64,000 nt of DNA from Candidatus Cloacimonadales bacterium (GCA_963663475.2 CAXXJV010000001.1:1312001-1376000), one strand, 5' to 3'; positions 10,549 through 21,439 are shown, numbered from the stretch's first letter. Numbers and translations are program-made. Notes: generated from the sequence alone by a model not told the origin.

Positions 10549-10683
10549 ACAAGTCACACTGAAAATCAATGTATTGCTAAAATCTTTAAATACCATTTTT
10601 CTGTCAAGAATAATTTTTAAATTATTTATTTTAGAAAAGCAATAAGTCTAGAATTTTACTAGTTTTTACAATTTAGCGACCAG

Positions 10684-11877
10684 CTACAATCTTTCTTCAA
10701 GATCAGCTAAAGCATTAATAAAGTAGATGTAAGCCTGATCTGGTGAATCGTAAGGGGAGAAGTATTTATGAACATCTCCATCGTTAAAGTATTTAGTACA
10801 CATGTAGTAAAAATGGTCTGAGGTAGTAAGCTTTCTAGCAATTTCTACTAATTCAGGATCCCCTTTAGCTAAAACACGTTCAAAGAGTTCGTATAAAGTA
10901 TCAATAGCATTATTTTGCATATCATTTTCTAGCCAAGCAGAAAGATCTCTTTCTTCATCAGCCCAGGACACAGCTTGTGGAAAGGCTAATGGTTCTTGCT
11001 GGTAGTTGGCTAATTTACTTGTTTCTTTTGGATTAGCAAAGCCTAGATGCTGGTACTTTAAAACTTCTTCAGGTAATTGTTCCATGAAATCGAAAATACC
11101 TGTTTCAGCCCATTGATGCTCACCAAAGGTCTCATAGTCCATAAACAAATTAAGGAACTGATTCTTGTTATTATCATTTTTCCAAGTTAGCTGATCAATC
11201 CATTTGATAAACTTCTCAGTAGTTAAGGGGTATTGAGACCAATTTTTGTCTGAGAATCTAAAAGCAATATCATCAGAAAGCTGGTATGACTTAAGCAATA
11301 AATTCATTGTTCTAGCATAGTTTTTATAGGCATAGAGAGGGGTTCTCCATTTAAGTACTCGTCTAACTCCTTCTGTGATAATAGTATTAAACTGGCCTGT
11401 ATCAAAGACAAGGTCGGAAACTCTATCTTGATAAATAAGCTCTGTGTTTCTGAAAGTTGTAGGTTTTTGACCAAACTCTTGTATCATTAAATTAGTATGT
11501 TTTTCAACTTGAGCTAAAAACTCATCTTTATTATAGAGGAAGGAGAGAGAGTGATAATAGGTCTCTCCTAGAAATTCTACACAACCAGTGTCTGCTAATT
11601 CTTTAAAAGAATCTAAGACTTCTGGATAATATTCTTTAAACTGGTCAATAGTAATTCCAGAAATAGAATAAGCAATTTTGAATTTGCCTTGATATTTCTT
11701 TATAAGTTTTAACATTAACTTATTAGTTGGTAAATAACATTTATCAGCTACTTTACGCATAACTTCTCGGTTTAATCTATCATCGAAATAGGATTCATCA
11801 GATCCAATATCCATAACATTCAAGTGTCTCAGCCTATATGGTTGATGCACCTGAAAATAGAAAACAATATTAAGCAT
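10684..11877 (-). CDS. Glycoside hydrolase family 57 (alpha-amylase-like)
   Basis: FQVHQPYRL, ETYYHSL, FRNTELIY, MDYETFGEHQW and SDHFYYM motifs. Confidence 0.93.
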   Translation of the reverse strand: MLNIVFYFQVHQPYRLRHLNVMDIGSDESYFDDRLNREVMRKVADKCYLPTNKLMLKLIKKYQGKFKIAYSISGITIDQFKEYYPEVLDSFKELADTGCVEFLGETYYHSLSFLYNKDEFLAQVEKHTNLMIQEFGQKPTTFRNTELIYQDRVSDLVFDTGQFNTIITEGVRRVLKWRTPLYAYKNYARTMNLLLKSYQLSDDIAFRFSDKNWSQYPLTTEKFIKWIDQLTWKNDNNKNQFLNLFMDYETFGEHQWAETGIFDFMEQLPEEVLKYQHLGFANPKETSKLANYQQEPLAFPQAVSWADEERDLSAWLENDMQNNAIDTLYELFERVLAKGDPELVEIARKLTTSDHFYYMCTKYFNDGDVHKYFSPYDSPDQAYIYFINALADLEERL

Positions 11878-13219
11878 CTATTTCTCCTTGCTTGGTTTCT
11901 AGCATCTCTTGATATACTTTTTTTACTTTTTCAGCAGACTTATCCCACTGTATAGCTTTAACTTCTTGTGCACCAGCTAGGCCCATCTCTCTACATTCAT
12001 CAGGATGTTCAATTAAATAAATTAATGTCTTAGCCATTTCATCTACATTCCAGAAATCTATTTTATAAGCATTATTAACTACTTCAGATACTCCAGATTG
12101 CTTAGATATGATAGAAGTAATTCCATAAGCCATAGCCTCTAAAGGGGCTATCCCAAAAGGTTCTGATACTGAAGGTAGCATATAGATGTCTGAAACTTGT
12201 AATACTCTTTCCACTTGTTTTCTGTTTAAAAAACCTGTAAAAAGAAAACGGTTTTTCAGCTTCATAGAAGCTGATGATCTAAGAATCTTTCTCGCCATAT
12301 CACCTGTTCCAGCCATAATAAATCGTACTTGTGGATACTTCTTGAGAACTTTTTCAGCTACTGAAAGAAAATAGTCAGGTCCTTTCTGAACTGTAATTCT
12401 CCCTAAGAAGAGAACAGTTGGTCCTTTGAACATTCTTTCTTTATTAAAATTATTATCTTTTTCAAAAGAGAAAGCATTATGAACAATATTTACCTTTCCA
12501 GTATCAATTTGATAACGGGAGATAATCATCTGGGCAGTGTATTTTGAGACTGCTATTACTTGGTCAGCATAAAGCATACCAGAGTATTCAATCTTATGTA
12601 TCCTATCATCCCCAGGTCCACCTGCTCGATCAAATTCAGTAGCATGGATATGAGCAATCATAGCTTTGCCACTTACCTTTTTAACTATCATTCCAGCAGG
12701 ATAACACAGCCAATCATTGGCATGAATAATATCAAAATCAAGCATTTCTGCTAGTTTCTCAGCCCTAAAGGCCATTTCTTGAACTTTCTTAAAAATATCT
12801 TCATCACCTTGTAAGTTGATAACAATGTTATCGAAAATACTCTTCTCACTACGATGCTCAATCTCCTCAGTCTTAAAACTTGTTATCAGATTAGTAAATT
12901 CTTTTACTAAAGCAGGTGTGTAGTAAGTCTCAGGTATATGAGTAACCCCTAAATATTCCATCTTCTCTTCAATTGTTTTAAACTCTTTTCTTATATACTC
13001 TTCTTTTCTAGGTTGATAGTTTTCATCAAGTATAACAAAAGGTAAAGTGTCTGCATCTTCTTCTTTTCTTAATGGAAAATAAACAAATTCTTTTGTGGGT
13101 AAAAAGAGGTCAATCTCTACACCAGCTTTAAGAAGTGATTTAACTAATCCATAAGAAGCCATAGCAAGTCCACCTGCAATCATAGGTGGGAACTCCCAAG
13201 TTAACATAAGGACTTTCAT
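11870..13219 (-). CDS. GT4 glycosyltransferase (glycogen synthase-like)
   Basis: WEFPP..AGGL, HANDW, HATEFDR, GRIT.QKGP and PSVSEPFGIAPLEAM motifs. Confidence 0.92.
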   Translation of the reverse strand: MKVLMLTWEFPPMIAGGLAMASYGLVKSLLKAGVEIDLFLPTKEFVYFPLRKEEDADTLPFVILDENYQPRKEEYIRKEFKTIEEKMEYLGVTHIPETYYTPALVKEFTNLITSFKTEEIEHRSEKSIFDNIVINLQGDEDIFKKVQEMAFRAEKLAEMLDFDIIHANDWLCYPAGMIVKKVSGKAMIAHIHATEFDRAGGPGDDRIHKIEYSGMLYADQVIAVSKYTAQMIISRYQIDTGKVNIVHNAFSFEKDNNFNKERMFKGPTVLFLGRITVQKGPDYFLSVAEKVLKKYPQVRFIMAGTGDMARKILRSSASMKLKNRFLFTGFLNRKQVERVLQVSDIYMLPSVSEPFGIAPLEAMAYGITSIISKQSGVSEVVNNAYKIDFWNVDEMAKTLIYLIEHPDECREMGLAGAQEVKAIQWDKSAEKVKKVYQEMLETKQGEIDA

Positions 13220-13222
13220 AAT

Positions 13223-15256
13223 TTATTCCTTGTTTTCCTTTAACTTCTCAATTATCTTTTCAATATCATATACTGCTGCTACACTCCAAGCTTCAGCAGG
13301 AGCTCCTTTAGGAAAATGGGGCTTCCCTCCATCCCAAATAGAAGCTATTGAAGCAATATATCCGTGTTTATACTCATGTCTAAATTGCTTAATGATTGAT
13401 TCTAATCCTTCTATTAACTCTTTCTTATTAATCTTATTCTTGAAAAGTCTGAGATAAAGAGAAGTATAAGGCCAGAGTAACCAGGCCCAAACAGTTCCCT
13501 GATGATAAGCCTTATCACGATCTAATATAGTTCCGTAATAAGTTCGCTTAAATTTATGATGATTAGGACTAAGTGTTCTTAATCCATAAGGTGTTAATAA
13601 CTCGTTAGTAGCTCTTTCATAGATAAGCTTAAGTTGTTCTTCTGATAATGGTGCATACTTAAGTCCTGCCGCTATTACTGCATTTGGTCTAAATTCATCA
13701 ATTGGAATATTATTAGTAATTCTATCACAAAGAGAATTATTATGCCAAAACTTTTGTAAAGATTTTGCTAATTTCTCAGTATAAGAAGCTACATCGTATT
13801 TTGCTTGATAGTTTTTCTTAGTTAGAGTATTATATTTTTCAATCATCTCTTGATAACTTTTGTGAGCCTCATACCAAAGGAAATTTATTTCAACTGGTGC
13901 TCCATCACGAGGAGTAACTGCCTTACCCTCTATTTTTACATCCATCCAGGTAACCCCAGCAAAATCTTCTTTGATGTTGATTAAGTTATCTTGGTCAAGA
14001 TAGAACATCCTTCTATCTTCAGTTAAATAACTCAATAGAATATTCTCAGTTATTGATATTAACTTTTCCCACATTTCTTTGGACTTTCTCAAGGAAGCTA
14101 ATTTCCTTAATAAAATTATGTAATAAAGACTTGTATCTACTGAATCATAATTACCTTCACTACCTGTCTCTGGGAACATATTAGGAATAAGACCCGCTTT
14201 AATATGGTCATTAAATCTTAAAATTATCTTTTCTGCTTTATCTACCATGTCAGCTTGCTTAATCATGGCACTTAAGACTAATACTGAATCCCTACCCCAA
14301 GCTCCAAACCAAGGATAACCAGCTATAATATCATTATCTGTTATAAAATCCTTTAAACTAAATTCTAATATTTTCATATATTCAGCATGGGTATAAAGAT
14401 ATTGGTCGTTAAAATCAAGATCCATTAAATCAAAGTTACGGTAATTATCAGGATAATCTCTAGGCATGGGAAGGTCTGAATAACGGTCATTAATTCTGCT
14501 AATTGTAACTTGATGTTCCTCAATAGGAGAATCAGAAAATAAAAGTGTTACTTCTTGATTCTTTTCTAAATCAAAACGTATGCTAAATGGGGAAACTAAG
14601 TCTTCATTACAATCATAACCTAACATTGATTCCCAAGGATAAAAGACCTTCTTGTATTCCATATACTCTTGTCTAATTTTCCCTAAATTTGTCAGGCAAT
14701 ACAGACTAAGGTTATTGGAAAGCCTATTTACCATTCCCCCAAAGAAGTTATTACCTTGAGCTGTTGAAATAGCAAAATCATTCTCATTCAAAGAACCAGG
14801 TTGATTAAGATAGTGGTGACTTACCATATCTACCTTAGGTCGTAATTTCATATGAATAAGATGCTTACTTAGATTCTTATAGCTAATCATTACCGTATTA
14901 GTCTCATAATCCATTTTTATCTCTTTTCGAATTAAAATATCATTGTTATGGGGAAGTGATGAATAGAGAAATACAGGGTAAGGACGTAGCCATGATTTAA
15001 CTAAATGTAAGAAACCCTCTGGATAAATACAGTTTTCGTAGTTACAGGAATCAAGGTAGAGTTTTTCTCCCCTCCATTCGATTTGCTCTTCAATTGATGT
15101 TAGTAAAGAAGCTCGATTTAGCTTTTTATCGGATGCTGTAAGTAGTCCATGATACTTACGTTGGTTAATCAAGTTTCCTGTTCCTAAGGCATAAGAACCA
15201 TACTTATTAGTCAATATCCACTCATGATGTTGAGTTTCAAGAAAATAATCAGACAT
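13223..15256 (-). CDS. Glycogen debranching enzyme (amylo-alpha-1,6-glucosidase)
   Basis: EWILTN..G.YA, RKYHGLL, IAGYPWFGAWGRD, TWMD, YGLRTLSP, YHQGTVWAWL and AWSVA motifs; start MSDYF after AAGGAG. Confidence 0.92.
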   Translation of the reverse strand: MSDYFLETQHHEWILTNKYGSYALGTGNLINQRKYHGLLTASDKKLNRASLLTSIEEQIEWRGEKLYLDSCNYENCIYPEGFLHLVKSWLRPYPVFLYSSLPHNNDILIRKEIKMDYETNTVMISYKNLSKHLIHMKLRPKVDMVSHHYLNQPGSLNENDFAISTAQGNNFFGGMVNRLSNNLSLYCLTNLGKIRQEYMEYKKVFYPWESMLGYDCNEDLVSPFSIRFDLEKNQEVTLLFSDSPIEEHQVTISRINDRYSDLPMPRDYPDNYRNFDLMDLDFNDQYLYTHAEYMKILEFSLKDFITDNDIIAGYPWFGAWGRDSVLVLSAMIKQADMVDKAEKIILRFNDHIKAGLIPNMFPETGSEGNYDSVDTSLYYIILLRKLASLRKSKEMWEKLISITENILLSYLTEDRRMFYLDQDNLINIKEDFAGVTWMDVKIEGKAVTPRDGAPVEINFLWYEAHKSYQEMIEKYNTLTKKNYQAKYDVASYTEKLAKSLQKFWHNNSLCDRITNNIPIDEFRPNAVIAAGLKYAPLSEEQLKLIYERATNELLTPYGLRTLSPNHHKFKRTYYGTILDRDKAYHQGTVWAWLLWPYTSLYLRLFKNKINKKELIEGLESIIKQFRHEYKHGYIASIASIWDGGKPHFPKGAPAEAWSVAAVYDIEKIIEKLKENKE

Positions 15257-15457
15257 TTTTTTCTCCTTTCTCAAAATGCTTTATTTTATTATTATAGTTT
15301 TAGGACATTATTAGTCAAGAGATTTAAGAAAAATTTATTATTACTAGCTTTTAGCATAATCAAATTACAAATATTAATAGCAATCTGTAAAGTAAATACA
15401 AGCCAATAATGTCAAAAAACTTGCCAAAATTAAAAACATATAAATAATTGGTTAAAG

Positions 15458-15616
15458 CCAAATAGTGGAGTAGGTTTTTGTGATTAACAGAATATTCCTC
15501 TGCAAAAGTAAGCTACATAATTTTCATTAATATATATATTATATGTTTCCAAATTCTGTAACTTATTTTGCTAGAAGTACCTGCAATCTTCCCTAAAATC
15601 CTACTAGACTACTTGT
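15458..15616. repeat. ~160-bp element with terminal inverted repeats; inverted relative of 17293-17449
   Basis: Ends caaatagtggagtaggtttttg / ctaaaatcctactagactacttg; core is similar to the reverse complement of the 17293 copy. Confidence 0.7.
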
Positions 15617-15643
15617 GATAAAATCTAAATAAGAGAGATAATT

Positions 15644-17284
15644 ATGTTAGAAGTTAATTTTGTTAATTACCTAGAAGAAGCGATTAAAAAACATTGGGAT
15701 CTACCAGCCTTCTCAGATATTGAGCAAGAAGCTATTGATTATCAGAATGTAGCAAATAAGATATATTGGTTACACAATATTTTAAAAACCTTTGGTATTT
15801 CTCGTGGCGATAAGATTGCTATTCTGGGTAAGAACTCAAAAAACTGGGCTATAACTTATCTCTCAGTAGTCAGCTATGGAGCTGTTGTCGTTCCTATTCT
15901 TCCTAACTTTACTTCGGAAGATATGAATCATATTATAAAACACTCTGAGAGTAGATTACTCTTTGTTGGTAACTCCATAATGGACAATATAGATGAAAGC
16001 CAGATACCTTCTTTGCAAGGGATTATCCATCTTGATGATTTTTCCTTAGTGGAATCAAAAACAAATGATGAACTGATAGACAAGCTAAAAAGAGCTTTAG
16101 ATGCAAAATTTACCGTAACAAGAGATAGTTTTACCCTTGCTAAAGACATCTCCAACGATGCCTTGGGAGAAATAATCTATACATCTGGAACAACGGGCTT
16201 TACTAAAGGTGTTATGCTACCTCTTAATAGCCTAATTGCCAATATAAAAGTGGCTGGTGAAATGCTGGAGTTTAGAACTGGTACCAAAATGCTCTCTTTT
16301 CTCCCCCTCTCTCATGCTTATGCCTGTGCTTTTGACTTTCTCTACCCCTTTACCTGTGGAGTCCATGTCCATTTCTTAGGAAAAATACCCTCACCAAAGT
16401 TATTACTTAAATACCTGAAAGATGTTTCTCCTGAGATGATTATGTCTGTTCCTCTTATCTTAGAAAAGATTATTAAGAAGAATGTTTTCCCTCTTTTAGA
16501 GAAAAAAATGATCAAGTTTGCTACAGCAATCCCAGGAGTAAAACAAGCTTTCTATGGCAAAATAAGAAAGCAGTTAATCACTGTTTTTGGTGGGTCATTG
16601 AGAGAAATGGTTATCGGGGGAGCACCTCTTAATGCTGAAGTAGAAAAGTTCTTAAAAGCAATCAAGTTCCCATTTACAATAGGCTACGGTATGAGTGAGT
16701 GCGGTCCTCTAATCTCCTATGCAACCTGGGACCAGCATAGATTCAGATCTGCAGGAAGACTTGTTAATTATCTCCAAGCTAAGATAGATTCAGCAGATCC
16801 TACTAAGATACCTGGCGATATTTTAGTGAAGGGCGAGCAGGTAATGTATGGATATTATAAGAATAATGAGGCTACCCAAGAAGTATTATCTGAAGATGGC
16901 TGGTTGAATACTGGAGATATTGGTCTTATGGATGCAGATAATTTTATCTACATTAAAGGAAGATCTAAGAATCTAATCTTAGGAGCTGGCGGAGAAAATA
17001 TTTATCCTGAAGCAATTGAGCAATCCTTTAATAACTTGCATTATGTGCAAGAATCCTTAGTAATGGAAAGAGATAATAAACTCGTAATCTTAGTCTATCC
17101 AGATGTTGAAGAAGCAGATAAGAATGGTATCTCTGAATCAATGTATCCTAAACTCATGGACCATAACAAGAACCTTTACAATGAAACAGCCCCTGCTTAC
17201 GCAAAAATAAGTCAAGTTAAGATAGTTGCTGAACCTTTTCTCAAGACTCCTACTCAGAAAATTAAGAGGTATTTATACAAATAA
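15644..17284 (+). CDS. fadD: Long-chain fatty acid--CoA ligase
   Basis: IIYTSGTTGFTKGVML, GYGMSECGP, GWLNTGDIG, GRSKNLI...GENIYPE and PTQKIKR motifs. Confidence 0.88.
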   Translation: MLEVNFVNYLEEAIKKHWDLPAFSDIEQEAIDYQNVANKIYWLHNILKTFGISRGDKIAILGKNSKNWAITYLSVVSYGAVVVPILPNFTSEDMNHIIKHSESRLLFVGNSIMDNIDESQIPSLQGIIHLDDFSLVESKTNDELIDKLKRALDAKFTVTRDSFTLAKDISNDALGEIIYTSGTTGFTKGVMLPLNSLIANIKVAGEMLEFRTGTKMLSFLPLSHAYACAFDFLYPFTCGVHVHFLGKIPSPKLLLKYLKDVSPEMIMSVPLILEKIIKKNVFPLLEKKMIKFATAIPGVKQAFYGKIRKQLITVFGGSLREMVIGGAPLNAEVEKFLKAIKFPFTIGYGMSECGPLISYATWDQHRFRSAGRLVNYLQAKIDSADPTKIPGDILVKGEQVMYGYYKNNEATQEVLSEDGWLNTGDIGLMDADNFIYIKGRSKNLILGAGGENIYPEAIEQSFNNLHYVQESLVMERDNKLVILVYPDVEEADKNGISESMYPKLMDHNKNLYNETAPAYAKISQVKIVAEPFLKTPTQKIKRYLYK

Positions 17285-17292
17285 TTATTATC

Positions 17293-17449
17293 CCAATGGT
17301 GCAATAGAGCTTTAGAGAAGAGTGCAAATTCTTTTAGTAAAATAGCTTGCAGAATTCTGACGCATATAATATATATATTCGGAAGAATTATGTAAGTTAC
17401 TTTTGCAAATGAATATTCTGCTATTCTCAAAGCTTTATTGCACCATTTG
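17293..17449. repeat. ~157-bp MITE-like element with terminal inverted repeats
   Basis: aatggtgcaatagagcttt ... aaagctttattgcaccatt ends; AT-rich core. Confidence 0.75.
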
Positions 17450-17503
17450 AGATTATCTATGTTTTATCTTTTATGTTAGAACATGCCTTAATTTTATAGT
17501 AGC

Positions 17504-17582
17504 CATTCTTAATCCTTCCTTTACACTCTTTCGATGAAAGTCCGCTTTTCATCGAAAGAGTGTAAAGGAAGGATTAGGAATG
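17504..17582. repeat. Long near-perfect hairpin (30-bp perfect stem)
   Basis: taatccttcctttacactctttcgatgaaa / tttcatcgaaagagtgtaaaggaaggatta. Confidence 0.85.
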
Positions 17583-17723
17583 ATACCTGCTGAAAGAGGA
17601 AATTTTTTAGTAAGGTAGACAGGCTGTGTTAAAATTAAAAAGAGAATTTTAAGATGGTGTAAGTCTTTGTATGGAGTGGATGCATCTTGCGTCCACAAGA
17701 AACTCTACAAGACTATCTGGGTT

Positions 17724-17763
17724 AAAAAAAATCAGAGAATTGACTTTGTCAATACTCTGATTT
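17724..17763 (-). terminator. Intrinsic terminator of the 17799-18509 gene
   Basis: A-run + ATCAGAG-a-ATTGAC ttt GTCAAT-a-CTCTGAT + T-run. Confidence 0.7.
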
Positions 17764-17798
17764 AAATAGAAAAAAATTTATCAGACTTATAATTTATT

Positions 17799-18509
17799 TT
17801 AAAATGCCCAGCCAAACTTTAAGAATTCAATATTGATAATTTGGTCACTACTAATAAATAGGTCATTGTTATCAAATTCTAAATCTTCAATCTTGTTGCT
17901 ACCAAAGTAACGTCCAAAACTAAGGCTAGTTCCCCAATAAAGACCATTATAGGAAAAAATTCTGTAACCAATACCTACACCAATACCTAAATCAGAAAAA
18001 GATTTTTTAGAATAATCATCTTCTTCATCGTAATAACTTGAACTTTTATCATCATAATCCCAGTTATATTCCCAACCATCAAAATGAGCAAAACGAGCAA
18101 ATGCACTTAAATAAAAACCATTCTGGGTGTTTCTTAAAAAATATCTATAATGGCAATCTAAGGTAAAAGTTGATGTGTTAAATTTTTCATCTGGTTCGAA
18201 ATAATAAATAGGGAATGCTAGCTCAGCCTTACGATTTACATCGAATAAAGAAAAAGTGCCAGAAAAGGAAGAATTATCAAGTAGAAGTAATCTAAATAAA
18301 TTTATCTCTATACCATACTTTTTATCATGAAGGGGATTGTTCTTGGTCTCATCATACATAACTTGTTGGGTTTCATAAATCTTATCTATTTTCTTATCTA
18401 CCTTCTCTAATGTAACTCCCTCTGCATCATTAGAAACATTTTCATCACTGTAAAGACCAACCGATATGCTGATTATTACAAGCAAAGCTAATAAAGTTAA
18501 TTTTTTCAT
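17799..18509 (-). CDS. Putative outer-membrane beta-barrel protein
   Basis: Signal peptide, alternating aromatic beta-strands (GIGVGIGYR), C-terminal KFGWAF. Confidence 0.7.
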   Translation of the reverse strand: MKKLTLLALLVIISISVGLYSDENVSNDAEGVTLEKVDKKIDKIYETQQVMYDETKNNPLHDKKYGIEINLFRLLLLDNSSFSGTFSLFDVNRKAELAFPIYYFEPDEKFNTSTFTLDCHYRYFLRNTQNGFYLSAFARFAHFDGWEYNWDYDDKSSSYYDEEDDYSKKSFSDLGIGVGIGYRIFSYNGLYWGTSLSFGRYFGSNKIEDLEFDNNDLFISSDQIINIEFLKFGWAF

Positions 18510-18806
18510 ACAGTCTCCTTTGTTTATTAGACATAGAATGTAATTAGATAATTATTTGTCAATCAAAATCCAAAATAAATTGTAAAAAGATAGCCAAAAT
18601 ACAATATATCCATACCCAGATACACAAGAATTACAAGTATTCATTATGATAATCCCGAATGCTGCCGTAAAGCCAAGAGCAATAAGTTGAAAATTTGATA
18701 ATTAGCAATAAAAAACATCTTCTGCTAATTTTTTATTTGACAGATAAACAAGACTAATTATTTTTTGTACATAATAATAATTAACTAAGAAAAGGAGATT
18801 AATAAA

Positions 18807-20786
18807 ATGGCAAAAAAAGTAGATAAAGGCACTTTATCCATCCATACAGAGAACATATTTCCCATAATCAAGAAATGGCTCTATTCTGAACATGATATTT
18901 TCTTTAGAGAACTTACTTCTAATGCAATTGATGCTATGAATAAAAGGGTCATAGAAGAAACAGGTATTGATACAACAGATTTCGCTGTTGAAGTTAAAAT
19001 AGATAAAAAGAAAAAGACAATTACCTTTAGCGATACTGGTATTGGAATGACAGCCGAAGAGATAGAAAAATATATCAATCAAATTGCTTTCTCTGGCGCA
19101 GAAGACTTTGTAGAAAAATATAAGGATGTTCAAGCTAATATAATTGGACACTTTGGTTTAGGTTTTTATTCATCATTTATTGTAGCTGACAAGGTTACTA
19201 TTGATACTTTATCATATAAAGAAGGTGCTAAGGCTGCTGGCTGGTCTTGCCAAGGCTCAACAGAATATGAAATCTTCGATGGTAAGAGAAAAAATGTTGG
19301 TACAACCATTACTATCTACGTTAATGATGAATCACTTGAGTTTTTAGAAGAAGATAAAGTACAAGCTATCCTTGAAAAATACTGTAGCTTTATGTCTTTC
19401 CCTGTTAAGTTCAATGATAAAGTTATTAATGAAAAACCAGCTTTATGGAACAAAAAACCTAATGAAGTTACTGATGAAGAATATAAAGAATTCTATAAAA
19501 CTGCTTTCCAACAATATGATGAACCTCTCTTCTGGATTCACCTCAATGTTGATTATCCTTTCAACCTTAAAGGTATTCTCTATTTCCCAAAATTTAAAAA
19601 CCAACTTGATGTGAATAAAGGGCAGGTTAAGCTATTCTGTAACAACGTATTTGTGGCTGATAACCTAAAAGACTTAATTCCTGAATTTCTCTTATTGCTT
19701 AAAGGAGGAATTGATATTCCTGATATCCCACTAAATGTCTCAAGATCCTTCTTACAAAGTGATAGCCAGGTTAAAAAAATCTCTAACTATATAGTCAAGA
19801 AAGTTGCAGATCATTTCAAAGCAGCTTTCAAAGATGATAGAGATAAGTATGCTTCCTATTGGAAAGATATCTCAGACTTTATTAAATATGGACTTCTCAC
19901 CAATGAAGACTTTTTTAAAGCCCTTGAAAAGCAAATCGTTTATAAGACCACTGAAGGAAAATGGTTAACTATCGAAGAGTATCTTGAAGCAAATAAGAGT
20001 GATGCTAAACCACAAAAAATCTACTATGCTCCAAGTGAAAATACACAAGTCTCTTACATTGAAATGCTTAAAGAACAAAACATTGATGTTATTTATGCTG
20101 AATCAATGCTTGATTCCCACCTCTTCCAAAAACTTGAAATGGGAAATGGTGATATCAGATTTGTAAGAGTTGATTCAGAGATTAATGACGACTTGCTAGA
20201 ACAGGATACAGATGCCAAACTTTCTATGCAAATCAAAGAAATCTTCGATAAAGAGATTAATGGCAAAGTTGAAGCTTCTTTCAGTAAAGATAGCTACAAA
20301 GACTTCCTAAAAGAAAATCCAGACGCTGTAGAGATTCTTACCCCTTATCTCAAAACAGAAGAAGATACTACTAAAATTGATGTCTATGAACTACCACTAG
20401 AAGTAAGAGAAAAACTCGGTGATAAGGCTATGAAATCAATATTTGAACATGTTTATACCGAAGTTCAAGTTGAAACTAAAAAGCTCAAAGCTCAATCTAT
20501 TCCTGCTATGATCGTATTTGATGAGTTTATGCGCCGCTTCCAAGAAATGAATGCCATGATGGCTCGCGAAGATATGGATATGCTTAAAAATCACAAACTT
20601 ATCCTAAATACCCAAAATCCTACAATTAAGAAAATTGTGGAAATGAAAGAGTCTGGACAAGATGATAAAGCTAAGACAATGGTAAATTTTGTTCATGAAT
20701 TAGCTCTCTTAGAACAAAAACCATTCAGTGGGGAAGAGCTTAAGAAGTTTATTGCTGATGCTAATAAAGTTATTCAATTAGTTTAA
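18807..20786 (+). CDS. htpG: Molecular chaperone HtpG (Hsp90)
   Basis: IFPIIKKWLYS..DIFFREL.SNA.DA, DTGIGMT, IGHFGLGFYS.F and DIPLNVSRS.LQ motifs. Confidence 0.97.
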   Translation: MAKKVDKGTLSIHTENIFPIIKKWLYSEHDIFFRELTSNAIDAMNKRVIEETGIDTTDFAVEVKIDKKKKTITFSDTGIGMTAEEIEKYINQIAFSGAEDFVEKYKDVQANIIGHFGLGFYSSFIVADKVTIDTLSYKEGAKAAGWSCQGSTEYEIFDGKRKNVGTTITIYVNDESLEFLEEDKVQAILEKYCSFMSFPVKFNDKVINEKPALWNKKPNEVTDEEYKEFYKTAFQQYDEPLFWIHLNVDYPFNLKGILYFPKFKNQLDVNKGQVKLFCNNVFVADNLKDLIPEFLLLLKGGIDIPDIPLNVSRSFLQSDSQVKKISNYIVKKVADHFKAAFKDDRDKYASYWKDISDFIKYGLLTNEDFFKALEKQIVYKTTEGKWLTIEEYLEANKSDAKPQKIYYAPSENTQVSYIEMLKEQNIDVIYAESMLDSHLFQKLEMGNGDIRFVRVDSEINDDLLEQDTDAKLSMQIKEIFDKEINGKVEASFSKDSYKDFLKENPDAVEILTPYLKTEEDTTKIDVYELPLEVREKLGDKAMKSIFEHVYTEVQVETKKLKAQSIPAMIVFDEFMRRFQEMNAMMAREDMDMLKNHKLILNTQNPTIKKIVEMKESGQDDKAKTMVNFVHELALLEQKPFSGEELKKFIADANKVIQLV

Positions 20787-20818
20787 CCTACTTAATCAAA
20801 TAGATTAATCAGATAATT

Positions 20819-20856
20819 CAGGAAGGAAGAAGATATAAGCTTCCTTCCTGTTTTTT
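20819..20856 (+). terminator. htpG intrinsic terminator
   Basis: CAGGAAGGAAG...CTTCCTTCCTG followed by TTTTTT. Confidence 0.85.
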
Positions 20857-20859
20857 GGT

Positions 20860-20956
20860 CTAAATTATTTTATCCCTTTCAGGGATTTTTGATGAATCAA
20901 TATAGTAATGAAATATTCTCATTTTCCTATATTATTCCCACCAGACTTGAACTTGA
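20860..20956 (+). repeat. 97-bp direct repeat, copy 1 (copy 2 at 21343-21439)
   Basis: Identical sequence ctaaattattttatccc...cagacttgaacttga at offset 483. Confidence 0.9.
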
Positions 20957-21108
20957 ACCTTAAATGGCTCTTGTTCAAGTCTGGTGGTAAATAAGAGACT
21001 TTCATTATAGCATATTGCTTGAATAATAGAAAGTTACAAGTAAGAATATACTGTTATGAGTATGTTTTGATTGATGAGAAGTCCTAAATCCTGAGGGGAT
21101 AAGTCTTT

Positions 21109-21372
21109 AATCCCCGACAGGGGATAAATAGTTTAGCCCAGGGTAAATTCCTGAAGGGAATGCAACCCTGGGTACTGGTGATGAAAAACAAAGCCTAACC
21201 CTGAAAGGGTTAAATAACATCATATATACCATAAACTTATTATAATACATTATTTATCATTTTATTAAACCCTTACAGGGTAATATCTTTGGGCTAGCCA
21301 TCATTACCCAGGGTTGCGATACTTTCAGCATCTTACCCTGGGCTAAATTATTTTATCCCTTTCAGGGATTTT
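21109..21372. repeat. Inverted pair of REP-like palindromic units
   Basis: TAGCCCAGGGT...GCAACCCTGGGTA and AACCCTGAAAGGGTT mirrored by AACCCTTACAGGGT, TACCCAGGGTTGC...ACCCTGGGCTA and TCCCTTTCAGGGA. Confidence 0.75.
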
Positions 21373-21439
21373 TGATGAATCAATATAGTAATGAAATATT
21401 CTCATTTTCCTATATTATTCCCACCAGACTTGAACTTGA
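21343..21439 (+). repeat. 97-bp direct repeat, copy 2
   Basis: Identical to 20860-20956. Confidence 0.9.
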
